From an uncultured Actinomycetota bacterium (GTDB lineage: Bacteria; Actinomycetota; Actinomycetes; JAFAQI01): a stretch of DNA of 64,000 nt. The DNA lies in NCBI GenBank assembly GCA_963814845.1, contig CAWFEP010000001.1:82932-146931 (forward strand). The letters are read 5' to 3'. The translations under genes and the position numbers were made by a program. The notes under the pieces are model-generated. The model was not told the DNA's origin and did no database searches. It saw only the letters and a program-made list of their open reading frames with translations. Below are positions 25,417-38,140 of the stretch, piece by piece; the first letter of the stretch is position 1, and each line of letters opens with the position of its first letter.

Positions 25417-26384
25417 TGGCAGGCAACGGAGTGGCTGGCAAAACCGTCACGGTCGTCGGTTCGGGCTTCTACGGATCGACCACGGCGCAACGGCTGGCGG
25501 AGTACGACCTGTTCGACACCGTCTTCCTCACCGACATCATCGAGGGCAAGCCGGAAGGCCTCGCGCTCGACATGAATCAGTCTCGGCCGATCGAGGGGTT
25601 CGAGACCAAGGTCGTGGGAGTGACGACCGGCCTCGACGGCTCGGGCTACGAGCCGACGGCTGGCTCGGACATCGTGGTCGTGACCGCCGGGCTGCCGCGA
25701 AAGCCCGGCATGAGCCGGATGGACCTGATCGAGACCAACGCGAAGATCGTGCGCCAGGTGGCCGAGCAGATCGCGATCCACTCGCCCGAGGCGGTCCTCA
25801 TCGTGGTCTCCAACCCGCTTGACGAAATGACAGCGCTGGCAGCCAACGTCACCGGGTTTCCGAAGGCGCGGGTGATCGGTCAGGCCGGCATGCTCGACAC
25901 GGCCCGCTTTACGAACTTCGTGGCTGAGGCGGTCGGTGTGCCGGTCGGCTCGGTCAAGACGCTGACATTGGGCTCGCACGGCGACACGATGGTGCCGGTG
26001 CCGAGTGCGTGCACCGTCGACGGCAAGCCGCTCTCGGACGTGCTGGACGAGGCCACGATCGAGGATCTGGTCACCCGCACGCGCAACGGTGGTGCCGAGG
26101 TGGTGGCGCTGCTCAAGACCGGTTCTGCCTACTACGCACCGTCAGCCGCAGCCGCCCGAATGGCCAAGGCAGTCGCCGAGGACAGCGGAGCCGTCATGCC
26201 GGTGTGCACCTGGGTCGACGGAGAGTACGGCATCAGTGGCGTCTATCTCGGCGTCGAGGCTGAGCTCGGCGCGGGCGGCGTGACGAGGGTTGTCGAACGC
26301 GATCTCAGTGAAGGCGAGCTGGCCGGGTTGAGAGAAGCCGCTGATGCCGTTCGTGGAAAGCAAGCCGACGTCGCTGACCTCTAA
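25416..26384 (+). CDS. mdh: malate dehydrogenase (LDH-like type)
   Basis: TVTVVGSGFYGSTTA, VVVTAGLPRKPGMSRMDL, VSNPLDEM, GMLDTARF and LGSHGDTMVP. The GTG at 25416 overlaps the upstream stop. The GTG at 25431 is an alternative start. Confidence 0.9.
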   Translation: MAGNGVAGKTVTVVGSGFYGSTTAQRLAEYDLFDTVFLTDIIEGKPEGLALDMNQSRPIEGFETKVVGVTTGLDGSGYEPTAGSDIVVVTAGLPRKPGMSRMDLIETNAKIVRQVAEQIAIHSPEAVLIVVSNPLDEMTALAANVTGFPKARVIGQAGMLDTARFTNFVAEAVGVPVGSVKTLTLGSHGDTMVPVPSACTVDGKPLSDVLDEATIEDLVTRTRNGGAEVVALLKTGSAYYAPSAAAARMAKAVAEDSGAVMPVCTWVDGEYGISGVYLGVEAELGAGGVTRVVERDLSEGELAGLREAADAVRGKQADVADL

Positions 26385-26420
26385 TGCCCTTGCTCCGGGC
26401 ACTCGATGTGAGGCGACCGC

Positions 26421-29343
<2,923 letters not shown>

Positions 29344-29347
<4 letters not shown>

Positions 29348-30296
29348 GGATCTCCGCGCTTCGGGACCGAGCCGATGAGATCCAGCGCAGTCGGCGGTGG
29401 CTCGCCTTTCCGTACGCCGTCATCAAAAAGTTCGGCGAGGACTCATCAGGGAACCTCGCCGTGCTCATCACGTACTACACGTTCTTCTCGATATTTCCGT
29501 TGCTGCTGGCACTGTCCTCGATCCTCGGATTCGTCCTGCACGGGCATCCGTCGTGGCAGAAGTCAATCGAGAAGTCCGCACTGCACGCGTACCCGCTGAT
29601 CTCGGGGCCGGTGCCCAAACACGGCAGCCTGATCGTCGTCGTGGTCGGCGTCGTCCTCGCGATCTACAGCGGGCTAGCGGTGGCGAAGACCGCGCAGAAC
29701 TCCTGGGACATCGTCTACGGCGTGCCGAGGGACAAGCGGCCAGGGTTCGTTGCCGAAGAACCTGCGCGCGCTTCGCCTCGTCGCCGTCGGTGGTCTCGGG
29801 TTGATTGCGACATCGGTGGTGTCGAGCAGCGTGACGAGCTGCGTCGGAGATCGGCCTGAACGTCGGTCCGCTGGTGAGCGCGATGAGCATCGCGGCGACC
29901 GTGGTGTTGAACACCGGGCTGTTCTGCCTGATCTTTCGGTGGCTGACCAGCCGTGACGTGACGCTCCGGCAGGTGCTTCCGGGTGCAGTCCTTTCCGCCG
30001 CCGCACTGGCTGTCCTGCAGGCCCTCGCGTCGGTATTCATCACCCACAAGCTCAAGGGCGCGACGGCGACGTACGGATCGTTCGGCACGGTGATCGTGCT
30101 GCTCTCGCAGTTCTACCTGCAGTCCCAGGTGTTGCTGATCGCGGCGCAGGTCAACGTGGTCAAGCAGGACCATCTGTGGCCGCGCTCGCTGCATGAGCCC
30201 GCCGCGCCGACCGATCTGGCCGACGCGGCCGACGCCAGCCACGGCACCGGCGGGACCGATTCAGCACATGACTCAGCGCCGCCGCAGCCGCGCTGA
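29344..30296 (+). pseudogene. YihY/BrkB (virulence factor BrkB) family membrane protein, two frameshifts
   Basis: VRISALRDRADEIQRSRRWLAFPYAVIKKFGEDSSGNLAVLITYYTFFSIFPLLLAL...VPRDKRPGFV runs to about 29752. KNLRALRLVAVGGLGLIATSVVSSSVTS runs to about 29840. ASEIGLNVGPLVSAMSIAATVVLNTGLFCLIFRWL...QFYLQSQVLLIAAQVNVV runs to the stop. Each junction is a +1 shift. The span length is 3n+2. Confidence 0.85.
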
Positions 30297-30301
30297 GCGC
30301 G

Positions 30302-30316
30302 GCCGGGCGTCCCGGC
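30302..30316. terminator. short GC hairpin between convergent yihY and csp
   Basis: GCCGGG-cgt-CCCGGC lies 6 nt after the yihY stop. There is no T-tract. Confidence 0.3.
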
Positions 30317-30373
30317 GGCACGAACGAGCGCAGTGGTGTGCTGGAGCGTGCAGGCCTGCCGGGTGTGCGTTGT

Positions 30374-30574
30374 TTAGACCGCGTGGACCTTGTCGGCCTG
30401 CGGACCCTTTTGCCCCTCGGTGACCTCGAACTCGACCCGCTGGCCTTCTTCGAGCGACTTGTACCCGTCCATCTCGATCGCGCTGTAGTGGACGAATACG
30501 TCACTACCGCCATCGACGGCGATGAAGCCGTAGCCCTTTTCGCCGTTGAACCACTTGACCGTGCCTTGTGCCAC
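30374..30574 (-). CDS. cold-shock protein (CspA family)
   Basis: 66 aa from the GTG at 30574: (M)[65 protein letters not shown]. It carries the RNP1/RNP2 motifs. The 227-aa track ORF is an open upstream extension. Confidence 0.95.
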   Translation of the reverse strand: MAQGTVKWFNGEKGYGFIAVDGGSDVFVHYSAIEMDGYKSLEEGQRVEFEVTEGQKGPQADKVHAV

Positions 30575-30810
30575 AACTACCCCAGGTTGCTCGATCCCCG
30601 CCTCACCCGTTCGGTGAGCCGCAATCCGCTCCGGGGGGAGCGGATTGGCGTGGACAATACACGTCAACAGCCGGTTGCGGCAGGGGTCTGGGCAGATCAA
30701 GATCACCGAGGTGATCGGAGCGTGCTCGGCCGCTAGATCGGCGGCAGCTTCAACCGCGGCCGATAACGGCGGTAGCGCCGGCGTCTGCGCCGCATAATCA
30801 CCGTCGCTGA

Positions 30811-31908
30811 TCAGCAGGATGAGCACCACTGCGCCGCGCGGCGATCTCGACGATCCGCGCGGTGATCTTGGGCCACGAGATGCCGAGTGCATGCCCGGAT
30901 GCGGCCTTGGCGTGTATGACCGCGGCGTGCCCGACCAGCACCGCCGGCTTCGACGCTTTGCCTTCCTCGGCTCAAGCGGTGAGACCAGCTGCCGATCGGG
31001 TTCACCTTGCCGTTGGCCTTGAAACCCCAGTTGAGCAGGTCGGCCGCCATCGGCCACCAGATCGGGTAGGCGTGCATCAGGGTGACCAGGATGGTCTGGC
31101 CGTGCCGGGTAGCGGCGCCGACATATGTCGCCTGCGCCGCCACGGTGTAGCCGTTCTTGCCGCCGATATCCCCGCGGTACGTCGTCAGCAAGTTGTTGTG
31201 GCTCTGGATCTGGAAATGCTTGTGGTGCGGCGCCGGGATCGTGCTGTGGGTGAGCGAGAGGTAGTGGCGGAACGCGGGGATCTTGTAGTCGGCTTGGGCG
31301 ATCAGCGCCAGGTCGTACGCCGATGTCGTCTCACCAACGCCGTCCAGGCCGCTCGGCGTGTCGGCGTTCGTGTCGTCGGCTTGTAGCTCCAGGGCCTTGG
31401 CGTTCATCTGCCGAACGGTGCGGCGGATGCCGCCGTTGGCTTGCGCCAGCGCATCCGCGGCGTCGTTGGCGCTCATCTCGAGCATGCACGTGAACAGCGT
31501 CTTGATCGGATAGCTCATCCCCGCCACCAAGCCAGCCCGCGTGCCGTCGACTCGTTCGTCGGTATCGGTCACTCGGAACGCCGACTGCGGGTTGAGCTTG
31601 GGGAGCAAGGTCAGCGCGGTCAGCGTCTTCAGCGTGCTCGCCGGAAGGAACTTTCCGTGTGGGTCCTTGGCGGCGAGCACTTGCCCGGTCGTCAGGTTGG
31701 CGACCAGCCAGGAGGACGCCGGCAGGTTGGCCGCCGGCGGCAGCGGTGGCGCGTCGGTGAGCGGCCGTACGATCACGCCGGTAGAGGCGAGCAGCGGGCC
31801 GCCGATCGTTTCGCCCGAGCTGTTCGCAGGCGCGGCGCTGGCACTCATCCCGCTCACGGCAGCGGTGAGGCAACCCGCAGCAACTGCGGCGGTCAGGCGA
31901 GCACGCAT
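30811..31908 (-). CDS. D-alanyl-D-alanine carboxypeptidase (serine-type, peptidase S11); 3' end uncertain
   Basis: From the ATG at 31908: [27 protein letters not shown] (signal peptide), then [11 protein letters not shown] (SxxK), [10 protein letters not shown] (SxN) and GGKNGYT (KxG-like). After ...[14 protein letters not shown] the frame turns Arg-rich and non-protein-like, while the -1 frame reads QLVSPLEP. A frameshift near 30990 is possible. Confidence 0.8.
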   Translation of the reverse strand: MRARLTAAVAAGCLTAAVSGMSASAAPANSSGETIGGPLLASTGVIVRPLTDAPPLPPAANLPASSWLVANLTTGQVLAAKDPHGKFLPASTLKTLTALTLLPKLNPQSAFRVTDTDERVDGTRAGLVAGMSYPIKTLFTCMLEMSANDAADALAQANGGIRRTVRQMNAKALELQADDTNADTPSGLDGVGETTSAYDLALIAQADYKIPAFRHYLSLTHSTIPAPHHKHFQIQSHNNLLTTYRGDIGGKNGYTVAAQATYVGAATRHGQTILVTLMHAYPIWWPMAADLLNWGFKANGKVNPIGSWSHRLSRGRQSVEAGGAGRARRGHTRQGRIRACTRHLVAQDHRADRRDRRAAQWCSSC

Positions 31909-31959
31909 CACGGGTACGTTACGCGACTCGGCAAGGGCTCCGGGCGGCCGGAGGTTGAC

Positions 31960-33141
31960 GTGACCCTTGGGTGGTGTGGTGTCGTACGTGCCGTGGAGAT
32001 CCTCTTCAGTTCCTCGCCGCGGTCGAGCCTCGGCGTCGAGTGGGAGCTCGAGCTTGTCGACGTGGAGAGCCGAGAGCTGGCCAGCGCGGCGTCCGGCATC
32101 CTCGACGAGCTGTCGGGATCGCCCGATGTCGAGCACCCCAAGGCCAAGCACGAGCTCTTGGAGTCGTGCGTCGAGGTCATCACCGGCGTGTGTTCGACCG
32201 TCGATGAGGCAGTCGAGGACCTTCGCGGCACGGTCGCCGAGGTTGCCGGGGCCGCGGCTGCCCGAGGGCTCGGCGTGATGTGCTCGGGCACACATCCGAT
32301 CTCGGACTGGGCGACGCAGCAGATCAGCCCCAACCCGCGGTACGCGAAGCTGGTCGAGGACATGCAGTGGCTTGCGCGGCGGCTGCAGATCTTCGGCGTT
32401 CACGTCCACGTCGGCGTGAGGTCGCCGCAGAAGGCGATCCCGATCGTCAACGCACTGACGGCCTACATCCCCCACTTCCTCGCGCTGTCCGCGTCGTCGC
32501 CGTACTGGGTAGGCACGGACACCGGGCTTGCGTCGGCGCGGAGCAAGGTGTTCGAAGGGTTGCCGACCGCGGGGATTCCCTACCAGTTGTCGGGCTGGGA
32601 CGACTTTGAGCACTACATGTCGACGCTGATCTCGGCGCAGACGATCCACTCGGTGCGCGAAGTCTGGTGGGACGTGCGACCGCACCCGCAGTTCGGGACC
32701 GTGGAGCTGCGGATCTGCGACGGGCTCCCGACGTTGTACGAGATTTCCTGGGCGGCCGCGTTGTCGCAATGCTTGGTCGAGATGTTCAATGGACAACTGG
32801 ATCGCGGCTATACCTTGCCGGTGCCGAAGGGGTGGACGATTCGTGAGAACAAATGGCGGGCTGCGAGGTACGGCATCGACGCCGAACTGATCGTGGACAA
32901 CGAAGGTCGCACCGAGCCGCTTCGCGATCTCGTCGCTGAGCTGGTCGACGATCTCGCGCCGATCGCCGAACGGCTTGAATGTGGCGAAGAGTTGTTGCGT
33001 GCCAAGCGAATCCTTGACGTCGGCCCGAGCTATCTGCGGCAACGTGAAGCGGCCGCAGCCGCTGGCGGCGACCTTCGCGCGGTCGTCGACGCGTTAATGA
33101 GTGAGATGAGCGCCAACACGCCGGCTGGTCTTGCATCGTGA
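31960..33141 (+). CDS. carboxylate-amine ligase / glutamate--cysteine ligase family 2 (YbdK-like)
   Basis: SLGVEWELELVD, KHELLESCVEVITGVC, GTHPISDW, FGVHVHVGV, LSASSPYW, REVWWDVRPHPQFGTVELRICD and NKWRAARYG. I chose the GTG at 31960, with GGAGG 5 nt upstream. The ORF is open from 31441. Confidence 0.85.
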   Translation: MTLGWCGVVRAVEILFSSSPRSSLGVEWELELVDVESRELASAASGILDELSGSPDVEHPKAKHELLESCVEVITGVCSTVDEAVEDLRGTVAEVAGAAAARGLGVMCSGTHPISDWATQQISPNPRYAKLVEDMQWLARRLQIFGVHVHVGVRSPQKAIPIVNALTAYIPHFLALSASSPYWVGTDTGLASARSKVFEGLPTAGIPYQLSGWDDFEHYMSTLISAQTIHSVREVWWDVRPHPQFGTVELRICDGLPTLYEISWAAALSQCLVEMFNGQLDRGYTLPVPKGWTIRENKWRAARYGIDAELIVDNEGRTEPLRDLVAELVDDLAPIAERLECGEELLRAKRILDVGPSYLRQREAAAAAGGDLRAVVDALMSEMSANTPAGLAS

Positions 33142-34298
33142 CGGTTGCAGACTTCTTGGCCGACAACGGCCAACGCCTCGTCGAAGTGCGCCGTGATCTG
33201 CACGCCCATCCGGAGCTGAGCCGGGAAGAGCGTCGGACCACCGAGTTGCTGGCGGATGCGCTCGCCCACGTCGGGCTCTCGCCTCGAGTGCTGCCGCTGG
33301 GCACTGGTCTGGTCTGCGACATCGGTCCGGTGCCACCGACGCTCGCGTTGCGCGCCGATCTCGATGCGTTGCCGATCCCTGACACCAAGGACGTCAGCTA
33401 TCGCTCGACCGTCGATGGGGTCGCACATGCGTGCGGTCATGACGTACACGCGACTGTCGTTCTGGGTGCAGGCCTGGCGCTCGCCCGGCTCGCGTCCCGT
33501 GGCGAACTGCACCGGGGCGTGCGGCTGGTGTTCCAGCCGGCCGAGGAGGTCGTGCCAGGTGGCGCCCTCGATGTGATCAGCGCAGGTGGCCTCGACGGCA
33601 TCGAGCGGATCTACGCCTTGCATTGTGATCCGGCGGTCGAGGTCGGTCAGGTGGGATTGCGGGTCGGTCCGATCACCGCAGCCACTGACCAGATCGACGT
33701 CAGGTTGACCGGGCCCGGTGGCCACACTGCCAGGCCGCACCTGAGCGCTGATCTTGTGGCTGCGCTAGGAGCGGTGGTCACGCAGGTGCCGATGCTTCTC
33801 GGCCGTCGCGTCGATCCGCGCGCAGGCGCCTCGCTGGTCTGGGGTCAGGTGTCGGCCGGCACCACGGCGAACGTCATTCCGCGCACCGGCATCGCGCGAG
33901 GCACCCTGCGGACGCTGTGGCGCTCGGCGTGGGACACCTTGCCACCGCTTGTCGACGAGCTGATCCGCGAGGTGGCAGCGCCGTACGGTGTCGCGGTCGA
34001 GATCGCCCATGTCCGAGGCGTCCCGCCGGTGGTCAACGACGCCGCAAGTGTCGGATCGCTCGACGGTGCCGTGCGCCGCTCGGTTGAGGGCGGTGTCGTG
34101 TGCGAGAGCGCGCAGAGCCTCGGCGGTGAGGACTTCGCGTGGTATCTCGATCGCGTGCCGGGCGCGCTGGCCCGTCTGGGCGTCCGATCGCCCGGCAGCA
34201 AGGTCGCGATGGATCTGCACCAGTCGAGCTTCGACGTCGACGAGCGCTGCATCTCCGTCGGCGTGCAGTTGTTGACCGGCGTCGCGCTCGCGACCTAG
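33138..34298 (+). CDS. M20 family amidohydrolase (N-acyl-L-amino acid amidohydrolase / hippurate hydrolase type)
   Basis: 386 aa with RRDLHAHPELSREE, ALRADLDALP, HACGHDVH, FQPAEE, GPGGHTARPH and GGEDFAWY. Its start overlaps the upstream stop. Confidence 0.85.
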   Translation: MTVADFLADNGQRLVEVRRDLHAHPELSREERRTTELLADALAHVGLSPRVLPLGTGLVCDIGPVPPTLALRADLDALPIPDTKDVSYRSTVDGVAHACGHDVHATVVLGAGLALARLASRGELHRGVRLVFQPAEEVVPGGALDVISAGGLDGIERIYALHCDPAVEVGQVGLRVGPITAATDQIDVRLTGPGGHTARPHLSADLVAALGAVVTQVPMLLGRRVDPRAGASLVWGQVSAGTTANVIPRTGIARGTLRTLWRSAWDTLPPLVDELIREVAAPYGVAVEIAHVRGVPPVVNDAASVGSLDGAVRRSVEGGVVCESAQSLGGEDFAWYLDRVPGALARLGVRSPGSKVAMDLHQSSFDVDERCISVGVQLLTGVALAT

Positions 34299-34310
34299 CT
34301 CAGCAGGACG

Positions 34311-34763
34311 CTACGGCCCAACGGTGCGGCAAGGGCGGGTGCGCATCTCGGCGACATAGTCGTCCGGCGCGCCGGCGACTTCGGCAGCATCGGCCATGAC
34401 CCCGAGGTAGCGCGCCGAAGGTAAGCCGCCTTCGTAGCCGTCGAGTACGTATAGCCAGGTGAGTGCGATGCCGTCGAGGGTGTGCACTCGGACCCGGATC
34501 TTGTTGTAGAGCCCGGTCGTGGCCGATTCGATCTCGTCGAGGATCGACTCGTCTTGTTCGGTGACGTCGTAGATCCGCACGAAGACCCGGCTGCCCGGCT
34601 CCTCGACCACCGTGGCAAGCGATCCCTCCCAGCCGAAGTCCTCGCCGCCGAACGTCAGCCGCCAGCCCTCGAGCCAACCGGTGCCCTGGGAGGGGGAGTG
34701 CGGGCATCTCTCGAGCATCTGGCCCGGATCCATGTTGGAGCCGTACGCCGCGTAGAGAGCCAC
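34311..34763 (-). CDS. gamma-glutamylcyclotransferase (AIG2/GGCT-like) family protein
   Basis: 150 aa from the GTG at 34763. VALYAAYGSNMDPGQMLERCP has the YGSN motif, followed by GWRLTFGGED and VFVRIYDV. The rest of the 290-aa track ORF is antisense to the next gene. Confidence 0.75.
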   Translation of the reverse strand: MALYAAYGSNMDPGQMLERCPHSPSQGTGWLEGWRLTFGGEDFGWEGSLATVVEEPGSRVFVRIYDVTEQDESILDEIESATTGLYNKIRVRVHTLDGIALTWLYVLDGYEGGLPSARYLGVMADAAEVAGAPDDYVAEMRTRPCRTVGP

Positions 34764-34811
34764 GCCGCGAAGCGTAGTGAGCGGTGATGATCGACAGGCG
34801 ACAATGGCGCT

Positions 34812-36206
34812 GTGACACGGATTGCAATTCTCGGCGGCGGCCCAGGCGGTTACGAAGCGGCGCTCGTCGCTGCGCAGTTGGGCGCCGAGGTCGTCGTGAT
34901 CGACCGCGACGGTTTGGGTGGCGCCTGCGTGCTGGCGGACTGTGTTCCGTCGAAGACGTTGATTGCCACCAGCGAGTCGATCACCGCCTTCGCCAGCAGC
35001 GAGGCGCTTGGCGTCCGGTTGCGCAGCGGTGGTCACCCGGTCGAGCAGGTCTCGGTCGATGCCAACGCGGTCAATGCTCGGGTGAAGGCGCTTGCCCACG
35101 CGCAGTCGCTCGACATCGCCAACCGGGTCAGTCGCGAGGGTGTCGAGGTGATTCACGGGACCGGTCGGTTCGCCGGGCCGCATCAGCTCGTCGTCAACGA
35201 CGGCGGCGACGAGCGAGTCGTCAACGCGGACGTCGTTTTGGTCGCGACGGGTGCTTCACCGCGAGTGCTGCCCGGCGCGCAGCCCGACGGTGAGCGAATT
35301 CTCAACTGGCAGCAGGTCTATGACCTGCCCGCGCTGCCTGAACACCTCGTCGTGGTCGGGTCCGGCGTGACCGGGGCGGAGTTCGCGAGCGCCTACCTCG
35401 CACTCGGCAGCGAGGTGACCCTCGTCTCGAGCCGGGATCGGGTCATGCCGAGCGAGGACGCCGATGCCGCGCTGCTGATCGAGGACGTGTTCACCCGACG
35501 TGGGATGCATATCGTTCGGCAGGCGCGCGCCGCCGCGGTTCGGCGCATTGATGACGGCGTCGAGGTGGAGTTGCTCGACGGTCGAGTCGTGAGCGGGTCG
35601 CACTGCCTGGTGACGGTCGGGTCGGTGCCGAACACCGCCGACATCGGGCTCGACGTTGCTGGCGTCGCCACAGATGACCGCGGGTACGTGCTGGTCGACC
35701 GGGTGTCGCGGACGTCAAGCGCGGGCGTCTACGCGGCCGGCGACTGCACCGGTCTCTTGTTGCTCGCGTCGGTCGCGGCGATGCAGGGCCGCACCGCGAT
35801 GTGGCATGCGTTGGGCGATGCGGTCGTGCCGCTTCGACTGGCAACGGTGGCAGCGAACGTCTTCACCGATCCCGAGATCGCGACGGTTGGCCTGGTCGCG
35901 GTGGCGGCTGCCGCCGAACGCGGTGGAGTGCAGGAGGTGAAGCTCGCGTTGGCCACGAACGCCCGCGCCAAGATGCAGGGCATCGAGGACGGCTTCGTGA
36001 AGCTCTACTGCCGTCCAGGCACGGGCGCTGTGCTCGGCGGCGTCGTCGTCGCACCTCGTGCGAGCGAGCTGATCCTGGGAGTCTCGATCGCGGTGCAGCA
36101 CGGCCTGACCGTGGACCAGTTGGCCCAGACGTTCACGATCTACCCCTCCATCACCGGCAGCATCACCGAAGCCGCCCGCCAACTCCACCTCGCGGTCCAG
36201 GACTGA
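34812..36206 (+). CDS. pyridine nucleotide-disulfide oxidoreductase, LpdA-like NAD(P)H-quinone dehydrogenase / dihydrolipoyl-dehydrogenase family
   Basis: 464 aa with IAILGGGPGGYEAA, GGACVLADCVPSK (redox CxxxxC), VVVGSGVTGAEFA, YAAGDCTG and a C-terminal dimerisation domain. Confidence 0.85.
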   Translation: MTRIAILGGGPGGYEAALVAAQLGAEVVVIDRDGLGGACVLADCVPSKTLIATSESITAFASSEALGVRLRSGGHPVEQVSVDANAVNARVKALAHAQSLDIANRVSREGVEVIHGTGRFAGPHQLVVNDGGDERVVNADVVLVATGASPRVLPGAQPDGERILNWQQVYDLPALPEHLVVVGSGVTGAEFASAYLALGSEVTLVSSRDRVMPSEDADAALLIEDVFTRRGMHIVRQARAAAVRRIDDGVEVELLDGRVVSGSHCLVTVGSVPNTADIGLDVAGVATDDRGYVLVDRVSRTSSAGVYAAGDCTGLLLLASVAAMQGRTAMWHALGDAVVPLRLATVAANVFTDPEIATVGLVAVAAAAERGGVQEVKLALATNARAKMQGIEDGFVKLYCRPGTGAVLGGVVVAPRASELILGVSIAVQHGLTVDQLAQTFTIYPSITGSITEAARQLHLAVQD

Positions 36207-36304
36207 TGTGCGTGAGGGGTCCAAGCCAAAGCAACGGCGCTAACTACCGGGTGGCTCTGGCGTTTTGTCCCTAACGTCTGATTCCTCGGTCCCGCTTTGG
36301 GTTT

Positions 36305-36344
36305 GTGCACCGTTACGTACCGCCGGCGGTACGCACCAGTTCAC
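36305..36344 (-). terminator. 40-nt compound palindromic element overlapping the accA stop codon (copy 2 of 2)
   Basis: The minus strand reads GTGAACTGGTGCGTACCGCCGGCGGTACGTAACGGTGCAC. The core is a perfect 18-nt palindrome CGTACCGCCGGCGGTACG (36316-36333). The accA TGA (36341-36343) sits in the same GTGAAC position as the folD stop does in the copy at 23327. Confidence 0.5.
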
Positions 36345-38101
36345 AAATCCGTGGCGATGCGGCAGATCGCGCTGCCGGCGGTGACGACGTCGCCGATTGC
36401 GGCGGTGAGGTCGACGACCGTGCCGGCCTGATGGGCGTTGATGGGCTGCTCCATCTTCATCGCCTCCAGCACCACGATCAGCTCACCGGCTTCCACCGCC
36501 TGGCCCTCGCTTACCGCGACCTTGACGATCGTGCCCTGCATCGGGGCGGTCAGCGCGTCGCCGGATGCGGCCGCGTGTGACGAAGACGCTGTGTGGGACG
36601 TCGGCGGGGTGCGTCGCTGGCCTGCCGCCTTGGCCGCGCCGAGACCTGGTGGCAGCGAGACCTCGAGCCGCCGGCCATCGACCTCGACCGTAATGCGCTC
36701 GCGCTCGCCTGCTTGTCCGGCAGCCTCGGCAGCCTGGCCCTCCGGCTGGTACGGCTCAACGGTGCCGTTCCACTCGGTCTCGATCCAGCGGGTGTGGATC
36801 GAGAACGGCTCGCTGGTGAACGCCGGGTCCGCGAGCACGGCGCGGTGGAACGCGATGATCGTCGGCATGCCGCCGACCTCGAACTCGGCGAGCGCCCGCT
36901 GCGACCGCTCGATCGCCTCGGCCCGGGTGGCTCCGGTCACGATCAGCTTGGCCAGCAGCGAGTCGAACGCGCTCGGAACGGTGTCGCCGACGACGTAGCC
37001 GGCGTCGACGCGCACGCCGGGGCCGGTCGGTAGCTGCCACTTGGTGATGGTGCCTGGTGCGGGCAAGAAGCCACGGCCGGCGTCCTCGGCGTTGATTCGA
37101 AACTCAAATGAGTGCCCGCGGGGCAGCGGATCGACTGGGCCGAGATGCTCACCATCGGCGATCGCGAACTGCGCGCGTACCAGATCGACGCCGCTTGTCT
37201 CCTCGGTCACCGGGTGCTCGACCTGCAGCCGGGTATTCACTTCGAGGAAGGAGATCGTCCCGTCTTGCGCCACGAGGAACTCACACGTGCCGGCACCGAC
37301 GTAGCCGGCCGCCTTCGCGATTGCCTTGCTGGCGGTGTAGAGCCGGTCGCGCTGGTCGTCGGAGAGGAACGGCGCAGGCGCCTCTTCGACGACCTTTTGG
37401 TGGCGGCGCTGCAGCGAGCAGTCGCGCGTACCGACGACCACGACCTGGCCGTGCTGGTCGGCGAGGATCTGGGTCTCGACGTGGCGGGGCTTGTCGAGGT
37501 AGCGCTCGACGAAGCACTCGCCTCGCCCGAAGGCGGCGACAGCCTCGCGCACCGCGCTGTCGAACAACTCGGGGATCTCCTCGCGGGTCCGCGCGACTTT
37601 CAGGCCGCGGCCGCCCCCGCCGAACGCCGCTTTGATTGCGACCGGCAGGCCAAACTCGTCCGCGAACGCGAGCACCTCGTCGACGCCGGCGACCGGGTTC
37701 GGCGTGCCGGGCGCCAACGGCGCGCCGACCTCAGCGGCGATGTGCCGCGCCTTGACTTTGTCGCCCAACGAGTCGATTGCGGCGGGTGGCGGCCCGATCC
37801 ACGTCAACCCGGCATCGATGACCGCTGCCGCGAACGACGCGTTCTCCGAGAGGAAGCCGTACCCGGGGTGAATCGCATCGGCGCCGCAGCGCTGCGCGAT
37901 GTCGAGCACCTTGGCGACGTCGAGGTAAGTCTCGCCGGGCGTGGCCCCCGTCAGGGCGTACGCCTCGTCGGCGAGTTGGACGTGCTGAGCATCCAGATCG
38001 GCGTCGGCGTAGATGGCCACGCTTACCAAACCCGCGTCGCGACAGGCCCGGATGACACGGACTGCAATCTCGCCTCGGTTGGCGACCAGCACCTTGCGCA
38101 T
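36341..38101 (-). CDS. acetyl/propionyl/methylcrotonyl-CoA carboxylase alpha subunit (biotin carboxylase + BCCP)
   Basis: 586 aa with [54 protein letters not shown] and the C-terminal biotinyl motif VLEAMKME. Confidence 0.95.
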   Translation of the reverse strand: MRKVLVANRGEIAVRVIRACRDAGLVSVAIYADADLDAQHVQLADEAYALTGATPGETYLDVAKVLDIAQRCGADAIHPGYGFLSENASFAAAVIDAGLTWIGPPPAAIDSLGDKVKARHIAAEVGAPLAPGTPNPVAGVDEVLAFADEFGLPVAIKAAFGGGGRGLKVARTREEIPELFDSAVREAVAAFGRGECFVERYLDKPRHVETQILADQHGQVVVVGTRDCSLQRRHQKVVEEAPAPFLSDDQRDRLYTASKAIAKAAGYVGAGTCEFLVAQDGTISFLEVNTRLQVEHPVTEETSGVDLVRAQFAIADGEHLGPVDPLPRGHSFEFRINAEDAGRGFLPAPGTITKWQLPTGPGVRVDAGYVVGDTVPSAFDSLLAKLIVTGATRAEAIERSQRALAEFEVGGMPTIIAFHRAVLADPAFTSEPFSIHTRWIETEWNGTVEPYQPEGQAAEAAGQAGERERITVEVDGRRLEVSLPPGLGAAKAAGQRRTPPTSHTASSSHAAASGDALTAPMQGTIVKVAVSEGQAVEAGELIVVLEAMKMEQPINAHQAGTVVDLTAAIGDVVTAGSAICRIATDL

Positions 38102-38140
38102 CCCCAGACTCTATTGAAGTGATCACCCGCACCGACGCCA

